Shown in pieces: positions 10,410 through 19,500 of a stretch of DNA of 64,000 nt. The position numbers and the translations under genes are program-made. The stretch lies in contig CAVNZM010000003.1 in assembly GCA_963693365.1 (NCBI GenBank), forward strand, positions 4,770,472 to 4,834,471. Direction: 5' to 3'. Position 1 is the first letter of the stretch; each line of letters opens with the position of its first letter. Under the pieces are notes generated by a model. That model was not told the origin of the DNA, ran no database searches, and worked only from the letters and a program-made list of their open reading frames with translations. Source of the DNA: Amoebidium appalachense. Its lineage: Eukaryota > Protista > Ichthyosporea.

Positions 10410-10647
10410 CTTGAATGGTAACCTTAGATCTCAGGCTGTAATCTTATAAATCTCAAGTATCAATCTACTTAATAATTACTAGGCTAAGCCTGGCTGTGCC
10501 AGGGCAACGCCTCAATAAAGAACGGTATGCAAAATAACAAGCCTGTGCCTGTGCAATAAATCTCCAAAGCAAACATCTTGCAAAAACAACGTCGGTACGT
10601 GTTTGTTTGTGTGTGTGTGTGTGGTCGCGGCGGCCGCCTGTGTACCT

Positions 10648-10860
10648 AAGGCGTCCAATAAGAGACCCAGATAGACCGATCCGGGCGCTCATTGGACGCC
10701 TTGGGGATGGAATGTGCTGTCCTTAATGCTCATTGGACGCCTTGTGCGGCAATTTGCTTTTTTGAGCCGAATTATCATTGGCCGCCCTGCGCATCCGTAA
10801 TACCATTGGACGCCTTGTACATGGAATTCAGAATTCGAATTCCCATTGGACGCCTTGCGC
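10648..10860. promoter_or_regulatory. Array of CATTGGACGCCTT (CCAAT-box-containing) motifs upstream of pPolB
   Basis: Direct copies at 10690, 10731, 10776 (degenerate), 10804 and 10844, plus one inverted copy AAGGCGTCCAAT at 10648-10659. Confidence 0.6.
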
Positions 10861-11050
10861 AAACCTTCGCATTCCTTTGATCCGCACTTGTGTACATGTA
10901 CGCACCACATGTACGCGTACACGTACGCGTACACGTGACACGCCCTCTCTCTCTTTAATTGTTTAATCATTTAATTAAAACAAAACCACGTGCTCTGCAC
11001 GTGTTTTACACACACACACACACACACACAGTGTGTGCACGTGCTCATGT

Positions 11051-11220
11051 ACATATATCCACCCATATCACATATATCCCATATCGCGATATGTGTACAC
11101 AGATATCACATATCTCATATTCACATATCCCATATCCTAAGGGGTGCGGGACCGCGTGAATGTGACGTCACTTGTGACGTCACCATTCACGGGGTGCCGC
11201 GCCCCTTATTGTAGTGTACT
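11051..11220. repeat. Putative terminal inverted repeat region: CATATC short repeats plus a 71-bp imperfect palindrome with two TGACGTCA motifs
   Basis: Repeated CATAT(A)TC units at 11051-11137. Palindrome TAAGGGGTGCGGGACCGCGTGAATGTGACGTCAC-TT-GTGACGTCACCATTCACGGGGTGCCGCGCCCCTTA at 11138-11208. Confidence 0.65.
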
Positions 11221-12020
11221 TTACCTGTGGCTCAGTGCCATGGCCACCCTTCCACTGACACACCACTAGTACTAGCCAGCCTAATCACCAGTTTCTTAGT
11301 GTAACAGGGAAAAATGAGCGCGGTGGGCTTTCCGTGTGTTGTTTCACAACCCTGTGTGCGCTTTTCGTTCCTCTTGCAGCTACTGGAGGTATACTATTTG
11401 TGTTTGCTCAAACCCCCCCCCCCCCCCCCTCCCCCCTCCACACACACACACACTCACACACATACATACACTGGTGTCCTTTGTCACTTGTCGCTTTATT
11501 TCGTAGCTTTGGCTTTTTCAGTTCTATTGGTGGTTATGTAGCCTGTGGCTGCACGTTGCCTTCATCAACGGATCAATAAACCCGCGTCAAAAGAAAAAAG
11601 AAAAATTAACCCGTGCTCACAAAAAACAGTGGATATAAACTACATCCAATTCCTGTCACATGCGCACATCTAAAAGCATTGAAAGAGAAGAGTGATCCCA
11701 GTCAACATTCTGTCCCACAATCACAGCCAACTCTTTGTTCATTCACTTCCAGCTGCTTTAACTCCTGTTGATCGGGTGACCAGCCACACAAAATGCATGC
11801 CACTATGGTGGATGCACACCTCCTCATTTGCCAGAAATGCCCACAGATCCCTTTGATTATGGGCAAATGGTCACCTGTAACAGTTGCTGAAGAGTCCACT
11901 TGCCTTCTGCAGCCCCCCCCCCCCCCCCCCTCCTCCCCCCCTCCCCTCCACACACACACACACACACTCACCTACCCACCCCACGACTGCTTCTTGAAGT
12001 ACGTTCGGCACCCTTTCGTC

Positions 12021-12062
<42 letters not shown>

Positions 12063-12181
12063 AGAGGGGAAGGAGAAGGGGGGAGAGGAGGAATAGAGTT
12101 CTGAGGAGTTTGGGGTTCATCATGAGGGAGGGGAGTGTGACAAGGGAATTGCAGTGGTGGTGTGTGCGTATTTGTTTTTTT

Positions 12182-12227
<46 letters not shown>

Positions 12228-12983
12228 GCAGATGCCACCCACCTGCCCACCCATCCACCCACCCATGGCCACCCACCCACCCACCACCTTCACCGCATCT
12301 ATATTTATAACCTTTTACACGATTTCTGCATTTTACACACATGATAGCAGGCTACCCCTGGCCTTTTTAACCCCTTTACCGTGTAAATATAGTATTATAT
12401 ATAATAGATCGGTGAAACAGGGTTACATTTTCCACACATACTATGTGTGCACGTTTGATCGCTTGGTCCTACCCCCTGCGGCTTACTTGTGTGGGTGTTT
12501 TCATACGGGAGGGAGAAAGCTGAGGAGCTGCCGTTATGGGATTCTGAAACCCTGTTTGGGGGGGGGGGGGGGGGGGGGGGGGAGGGCCCGATACAATTCT
12601 GGACCAGTAATATGCAGGTAGAGTTAACCACATGGGCAGCACATTGTACATGCACATGAACTCCCCATACCCACCCTTTCACCGTTTATTATCTGATCTA
12701 GGTACCGTTTTTTCCGAAAATTGGCAATGCTGTGTGCAAGTTTGATAAGCAAGTGGGAATAACCCATGCGGTTTGGAAGAATGGGGAGCCACCGTGTTAT
12801 TGTGTTTTTTAAAGCTCTTTTACAAACTCCATTTACTCTCCCTCCCCCTCCCCCCTTTCCCCCTCCCTTCCCCCCATCCTACGGCACCATATCTTTTTGA
12901 AACTCGACATTCTGTCCCACAGTACAGCCACTTTTTTGCGCATTCACCAGCAGCTGACTTCACTCCCGTCCGTTGGTGACCCC

Positions 12984-13623
12984 TGTAGACATGGTTGTGT
13001 ACATTCACGTGCACACCGTGCTGTTCCCCCACAACCAGTCTACGTGCCTTTGTGTCTTCTCGCCAGAGGCTGGAATAGAGCCTCGGAAGCAGCTACCAAT
13101 CGGCTGCATCACTTTTAGCTGTATTCCTTATTAGGGCAGTTGCTCTGCACCTTAAGTATGCAGTTAGGAGCGATGCAAAGAACGTGAACACTTTGCCAGC
13201 ATGTATCTTAGGTGTACGGCACACACTGTGTGCCGTAGACACTTTATTGGGCACTAGACATACACATGTAGCACTGTAGTATAACTTGAAGCTAGATTAT
13301 GATCACCCAGGAGAAGCTCATGTACTCATGTATATGTCATGTACTTTATATTAAGTAGGGCCACATGCCTATTGGCTGTCGCCTTACAAAAGTATGCGAG
13401 CAGTGCTCTCCGGACCGGCGGAAACCAAGGGACTATAAAAGGCTGGTACATTCCAGACTTGGGTCACTTGGGCGGGGCTGCGTGTCCGAGTAAACGTTAC
13501 ACTAGTCGTGCGGTGTCAGACTAGCTGTAGCACCCGCTTTCTTGTCTCTATACTTACGTGCATCTCCTAGCCTGCATATGTTAACTAGGGCATAGTATTA
13601 GTGTATACACACCCTGGTTTTCA
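12984..13623 (+). repeat. 5' LTR (640 bp)
   Basis: TGTAGAC...TTTTCA; TATAAAA at 13434; near-identical to 22146-22785 (one substitution seen, 13562 A vs 22724 T). Confidence 0.98.
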
Positions 13624-13624
13624 C

Positions 13625-13640
13625 TGGCGACCGCAGGCAG
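13625..13640 (+). other. Primer binding site, consistent with a tRNA-Arg 3' end
   Basis: TGGCGACCGCA begins 1 nt after the 5' LTR. It is complementary to a tRNA ending ...UGCGGUCGCCA (a GACCGCA acceptor stem occurs in eukaryotic tRNA-Arg). tRNA identity is inferred. Confidence 0.7.
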
Positions 13641-14067
13641 TCGAAGGTCTAGAGCGTTGGCATTAGCGTTTTTAGGCTTTCGGGTGATCACAATCAAGCG
13701 ATTTTGCACATTCTTTACGGTAAACAGTCCGGAAATTTCTCCTAGTTACAACTTTGTGATTGGTTGGGATTCGCGCTGTGTTCCTGTGATTGGATACCTA
13801 AAATTTGTTGGCCACATTTGGGTGTTTGCGCCATCAACTTGGTATCCGGCGTGCTACTGCGAAGTCCCGACTTTCACCGTGAACGTGGGTGGCTGCCAGC
13901 GTAGCTGGAGCTGCTTGCACTGTGCTTTGCAAGTGCAACCGGTGGTACTTTGTGACAGTGACCACTGGGAGGGTAGGCTGCTGTGTTGGGGCCGTGGGCA
14001 CGACCAGTAGGGAACCCTTTTGACACGTTGGTGTGAGCCACTGTGGTGGCAAGAACGTGCAGCTGAG

Positions 14068-16260
14068 ATGGCTGGCACTGGGGCTGAGAGAGGCGGGCGC
14101 CGTTCCCGCAGTCGCAGCCGTGAGCCTGGCCGGCGTTCGGCCACGCCTGAGGGCGGTCGGGAGAGTTCCCCTTATGATTCTGGTGAGTGTGCTGATGATT
14201 CCCGTGTGTGTATGGCTCCGCCCATGTCTGGGCTGGGTGACGATACAGAGACACGTGGCATACACACACCTGGCCGTCGTGTTATGCCTGCTACTCAGTT
14301 GCGTGGGCGCAGGACTCTTCGGGGCACTAGGCCTATTAATGTTGCTGCTTTCCATGTTGAGCCTGAGTCTGATGATTCTGAATGGGAGCAGAATGGGTCT
14401 AGTGAGAGCTCGGGGTCTGAGAGTGACGAGGGTGGTGACTCAGATTACGAACCCCAGTCACCTGTGCGCTCTCCTGGTGTGTGTGATCGTGTGGGGGATG
14501 GGGATGACGTTAGTGAGAGTGATGGTTCTGAGTCTGAGCCTGATCTGACTGTACCCCCACCTGCACGTGACCCTAGCACACCGGAACGTTCTTTACTTGA
14601 TCATGCCGCTGAGGTTATGGGGGTAGATGCTAGCAGCACGGAAGAAGTGTTGCGCCGGCAGACTGAAGCATTGCGTGCATTCGAAGCCCTGAGAGAAGCT
14701 GGGTGGGTTCCTGCTAAAAAGAGGGGTGCACGTGGTGTTGGCAGTCAGGCTGGTGGGAATAAACAGGCAGTTGGCAGTCAGGGTGAGACCAAGGAGGGTG
14801 ATGTTTACTTACGGAATAACTATTATGGGGTTTTGGCAGATGACCAGCGGGGATACAACTACAACCCGCCCACCCCTGGCCGTGAGTACCGTTCACCATC
14901 ACCTGACCGCGATGCCGACCGTTCCCGCTCCCCTCCCTCGCGGCACCGTTCTCCGTCTCATCGTAGCCGGTCCCCTGATCGTGTGCGTGAGCGCGAGCGC
15001 GGTGGTGAGCGCAGCAAGGAGCGTGGGTGTGTGCACGAGCGCACTCGCTCGCGCAGCCGCTCTCCCCAGCGCAACCGCACTCCAGAACAGGAGTCTTCTC
15101 GCGCACGCACCCGCGACCATTCGCCACGGGGTCGGGACTGTACAACACCATCTAACTGTGGGTGTAACCACCGGGGTTGTGGGCCGGTGCAGCCGTGGCC
15201 TTTTGGTTTCCCGGCCATGCCTGCAGGGGGGCCCAACACTAACATGAGTGGGCCCATGATGACCCCCTTCCCCATGTTAATGTTTGGTTATCCGCAGCCC
15301 AACGTTGGGGCAGCAGGTACCAACACTCAGCCCACAGATAACAAGGTGGAGAAGGAGAGAAAGACCCGTTCATCTAGCAAGCGTAAGTCTTCTGGCCGGC
15401 GTGCACGTACGCCTGTGTCTGAGGAGGACTGCAGCGAGGATGACGGGGCGAGCCAGAGCAGCTTGGAGAGTGAAGATGACAACCACCCGCCAAAGAAGGT
15501 GAAGTCTGCACGTGATTTGCTCCTTGCTTTGATGCCGGAGCATGATATGGCATGGCGTAAACCGTTGGTTGTGCACCCCTCTCGCCACTATGCGCCTCTG
15601 ATCACTGCAGATAAGGTGCCCCAGTTTAAGGGTGATATGAGTGATACGCGCACGGTGGTTGAGTGGCTCTCTGAGCTTGCAAGCTTGTTTTTCAGGGTGG
15701 CTGGTGTGCCTGTGCATGATGCTGTGCCTTTAGTTGTCTCGTGCTTTCCTCCTGCAAGCCCCGCACGCAATTGGTTTTCCAAATTTTGCCGCACGCACCC
15801 TAATGCCACGTTCGAAGCTTTTGCGCAAGAAGTGGTTAAGGAGTTCCATGGTGAGCACGTTTTGGAAAAATGGCAGGGCAAGCTGGACGAGTTGAAGCAG
15901 GGAAACATGGAGGTTTCGGAATTCTATACACAGCACGCTAGCTTGTGGGCGCGAGTGTATCCACATGGCACGGATGAAGCGCGTTTGATTGATTTTTCGC
16001 ACAAGTTGAACGCTGCCGCATTTAGTGATTACCAAAAATGGGCGGTGAAGCAGAGGCGTGCGAAAAAGTGCCTAACCATCCAGGATGCACTCGTTCACTT
16101 ATCGGAAAAAGAGCGCGACCGCAAAAGCACACAGAAACACACAAAGGGTACAGCCGGTGTGTTTAATGTGCAGCAGTCGGCTATGGTGGCTGTGCAGGAG
16201 CAGGCAGCAGCATTGGGCTTGGATGTGCCGTCGTTTATTGCTCTGGTGGGGTCCGGATGA
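14068..16260 (+). CDS. gag: Gag part 1: long acidic and RS-rich N-terminus plus retrotransposon capsid-like domain
   Basis: First ATG 14068. RSRS-rich segment, then VPQFKGD...EWL...SPARNWF...TFEAF...LDELKQGNMEVSEFY (retrotransposon Gag signature). TGA overlaps the next ATG (ATGA 16257-16260). Confidence 0.88.
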   Translation: MAGTGAERGGRRSRSRSREPGRRSATPEGGRESSPYDSGECADDSRVCMAPPMSGLGDDTETRGIHTPGRRVMPATQLRGRRTLRGTRPINVAAFHVEPESDDSEWEQNGSSESSGSESDEGGDSDYEPQSPVRSPGVCDRVGDGDDVSESDGSESEPDLTVPPPARDPSTPERSLLDHAAEVMGVDASSTEEVLRRQTEALRAFEALREAGWVPAKKRGARGVGSQAGGNKQAVGSQGETKEGDVYLRNNYYGVLADDQRGYNYNPPTPGREYRSPSPDRDADRSRSPPSRHRSPSHRSRSPDRVRERERGGERSKERGCVHERTRSRSRSPQRNRTPEQESSRARTRDHSPRGRDCTTPSNCGCNHRGCGPVQPWPFGFPAMPAGGPNTNMSGPMMTPFPMLMFGYPQPNVGAAGTNTQPTDNKVEKERKTRSSSKRKSSGRRARTPVSEEDCSEDDGASQSSLESEDDNHPPKKVKSARDLLLALMPEHDMAWRKPLVVHPSRHYAPLITADKVPQFKGDMSDTRTVVEWLSELASLFFRVAGVPVHDAVPLVVSCFPPASPARNWFSKFCRTHPNATFEAFAQEVVKEFHGEHVLEKWQGKLDELKQGNMEVSEFYTQHASLWARVYPHGTDEARLIDFSHKLNAAAFSDYQKWAVKQRRAKKCLTIQDALVHLSEKERDRKSTQKHTKGTAGVFNVQQSAMVAVQEQAAALGLDVPSFIALVGSG

Positions 16261-16517
16261 CTAAAAATCCGTGGAAAACTCCCCCACAGAAGCCCAGATA
16301 CGGTGCATCGGGCAGCAGTGTCGTTTGCTACGGCTGCGGGAAGCCGGGACATCGCAAAGGTGATGCGGAATGCCCGGCTGCTAATCGCCGCTGCAACGTT
16401 TGCAAGAAAGTAGGCCACTATTCCGATTCCCGGTTGTGCAAGGGAGAGCCCAAGGGTAACGGCAAGCATCAGCAGGGCCGTGACCCAGACAAGAAGAAGC
16501 ATTCACACCGCAAATAG
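16257..16517 (+). CDS. gag: Gag part 2: nucleocapsid with two zinc knuckles
   Basis: CYGCGKPGHRKGDAEC and CNVCKKVGHYSDSRLC; -1 frame relative to Gag part 1; same frame as pol; ends at TAG 16515-16517. Confidence 0.88.
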   Translation: MTKNPWKTPPQKPRYGASGSSVVCYGCGKPGHRKGDAECPAANRRCNVCKKVGHYSDSRLCKGEPKGNGKHQQGRDPDKKKHSHRK

Positions 16518-19500
16518 GAACTCGCGGGGGTAAAAGGCGCGGTGCCGGGGGTAGTTGATGTGCGTAGCGCATTTTTGCACATCGGAGAGGATAGTGTACA
16601 AAGTAGTGAAGTGGTTAACGAGAATTTTGTGCACGACCCTTCTCCCCTGGCGGGAAATTGCAAGGGAAATAAAGCAATCACTCGAAAAACTGTGTCTTTT
16701 GCCCCCACCCATATTGTGATCCCGTCCACCCTAGGTGCAACCACCCCCACAGGTGTTGGGGAGGGGGAGGGTGCACCCGGGAAGGAGGGTGTTATGTCGG
16801 TTCAGGATTTTGCGGATTTGAAGCAGGCACGGGCAGAGGGGTTGGCGGGGCTGGCGGGGCGCGTGCATCCCACCCCCAAAGAACCATCTGTGTGCAAAGT
16901 GTCTGCTAAGGGCTCTACCTCTTGTTTGCTTGCCACTGTGAGGTTGCATGGGCACCTAGTTACGGTGGTTGTGGATACCGGTGCTAGCCATTCATGCTTG
17001 CAATATGATTTTGCGCTGAAATTACCATTTGCTACGCGGAAGCGCATTTCGCCGGTTCACAACTTTAGTGCTGTTGGTGCTAGCGGGGACACCTTGCCAT
17101 GTGCAGGCCGTGTGGGTTTGCACCTGCAGGTGCCCCACACAGAATGGAGCCATGTGCAAAACTTTCATATTTTGCGTGGCCTCCCCTATGCAGCCTTGCT
17201 AGGCATGGATTTCTTGTTGGGTTTCGATGCACAGATTGACCTGTTGTATAAGCACTTGTTGCTCAGGCCTGCCCACGGCCAGGCAGAGTGCTATATGCCT
17301 GTTTGGTGGCTTGGGGCGGGGGTGCGGGGTGGTGAGGTGGCAACACTTATCACCACCACCGGCGTGCATCTCCCTCCTTTCAGGTCGAATGTGGCTTTGT
17401 GCTCGATGAAGGATGGGGGGGAAGGTTTGGAGGCTGGTGTGACGGGTGTTGTCGTACCCAGACCCACCTCTAACACCGATATTCCCTTCCACCCTGCGCA
17501 TAGTGTGCAATCACTCTTGTCTGTAAATGGCAGCCTCGGCTGCAAGGTGCTGTTAACAAATCTGACTGAAAAGCATGTGTATTTGAAGCCTGGTACCCAG
17601 GTGGCAGCACTAGAGCCATTGGTTGAGGGTGATATGCTCACTGTTTTGGTCGATGTGTCCGGGTCCCCAGCTGCAGAGAAGAATGGTGTGGAGGCCGTTG
17701 GGTCAGACTCACCGTCAGGCTCTGTTGGTGGACAAGTGTTTGCTGCTGCTGCGCCGGCGGCTGCAGACAAACCTCCGACGGGTGGAGCCACAGTGGGGGG
17801 ATCAGGGACCACTGGGGCTACTGGGGACAACATTTTTATTGGTGAGGGTGGCCGCGTACACGCTAGTGTGCCTGCACGTGTGTACAGGCAGGGGCGCGCG
17901 CGCACGGAGACTGTGCAGCCGTGGCTGTCAAAGAAGAAGGCCAGAGGCCGACTTGCTTTTGCAGCTAGGGCCAGGCACCCAGGGTCGCAGGCGCCTGGTG
18001 CTCCAGCCCCTACCAGCACTAGTAATGTTGCAGGTACCGGGCAGGGGCACGTTTCCTCTCCTCAAAACGAACATGTGCATTCCGATCGGAATCTCGAGTT
18101 CTCATTGGCTGAGGGTACCTTCGGGCCGGCCGCTTCATCCTCTGAGGGAGGAGTTGGGCCGTGGCATATAAGGGGGGACACTCAGGGGCAGTGTGAGGGA
18201 GTATCTGCCGGGGATACTGAAGCATCTGGCCCAGGGGAAGAGACTGATGTGCAGTGTGCAGGGGCCCGCCATGCACGAGGTCAGTCTGGTGGTAGTCAGC
18301 CGGGCGCACCAGGAGCCAATCAGAGTGCAGCAGGGGTGAGCCACGTGCCCACAGCCTCTGCATCTGATGCCGACTCAGGGGGCACCGAGGATGAATTACC
18401 ACCGGGCGTGGAGGACCCAGAGACTATCCCCCTTCCTGATCTGACACCTGCGGAGAGCAAGAGATTCGCTAAGCGCATTCGGAGGTTGCTTAGCAGATGG
18501 AAGCACGTGTTTTCTGCACACGAGCATGACTATGGCAAGTCCAATGTGGCAACGCTGAAGATAGAGTTAACCACAAATGAACCACAGTATCGGCCTCCAT
18601 ACAAAATTCCACACCATATCCGGGATCAAGTGTGGAAGCAACTTCAAGTATGGTTGGCTGGGGGGGTCATTGAGCCGTCCACCTCTCCCTACTCTGCACC
18701 CATGGTCTTAGTGCGTAAAAAGGATGGGAGCGTAAGAGTGTGCCTGGATTTTCGGAAAATAAATTCATGCACTGTGAGGGATGGCTACCCCCTACCCCGC
18801 ATAGACACTTCTCTCGATGTGTTGCGTGGGGCGCGCTGGTTCAGTGTGTTTGACCTCTATGGCGGCTATCACCAAATTGAGGTGGATCCAGAAACACGGC
18901 CTAAGTTAGCTTTTACTACGCCGTGGGGTCACTATCAGTTTTGTCGCGCACCCTTTGGGGTTACGAATATGCCGTCTGTATTCAGCCGCGCCATGAATAC
19001 CGTATTCGCGGGCATGCTGTGGGTTCATTTGCTTGTGTATATCGATGACCTTCTTCTGTTCACCCCGGATTTGGAAAGTCACTTAACCCTCTTAGAAGAA
19101 GTTTTCAGGCGGCTGTCCGCGGCTGGTCTAAAGCTAAAGGGGTCCAAGTGCCACTTTTTCCGGACAGAGGTGGCGTATTTAGGCCATCGTGTGGGCAGAG
19201 ATGGTCTTAAGGTTGATGACGGGAAAATCGCTGTGATACGCGATAAGCAGGCACCCACTTCTGTGTCCGAATTAAGGAGTGAATTGGGTCTGTTTTCGTA
19301 TTACAGAAGGTTTGTTCCGAATATGAGTGACCTGGCCGAGCCGCTAACGCGCATGTTGGGTGATAGCCCACAGGATAAGCAGTTGCGCAAAAAGATTCAC
19401 GGGAATGAGCCCCCCACATCTAGTGCGCGACGGAAGCGGAATGGCACGGCCAAGGAGAAGGCTAGGCAAGCCCGTACTGCTGCAGCAGATGAAAGCACAG

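Larger units (their letters stand above)
1..11220. mobile_element. Endogenous Polinton/Maverick-like (adintovirus-like) dsDNA virus/transposon, right-hand part; left end lies outside the window
   Basis: GC-rich, intron-less, densely coding block with a protein-primed PolB and a VLTF3-like gene. It is followed by TIR-like repeats, a palindrome and ...GTGTACT at 11214-11220 (Polintons typically end in ACT), after which composition switches to host-like low-complexity DNA. No capsid, ATPase or integrase gene is recognisable in the window, and the exact end is inferred. Confidence 0.85.

Noticed and set aside
4886-10421. Long + strand ORFs (4886-5968, 6258-7727, 9260-10405 etc.)
   Set aside because: Antisense shadows of the GC-rich pPolB coding strand; no motifs.
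10690-10860. CRISPR-like array (repeat with unique spacers)
   Set aside because: Repeat is only 13 bp, spacing is irregular (28-45 bp), one copy is inverted, there are no cas genes and the context is eukaryotic.
12897-13524. Small ORFs within the LTRs (also 22098-22686)
   Set aside because: Identical only because the LTRs are duplicated; no coding signature.
13834-16572. Antisense or env-like extra ORF in the Gypsy element
   Set aside because: Short overlapping shadows; there is no room for env between pol and the PPT.
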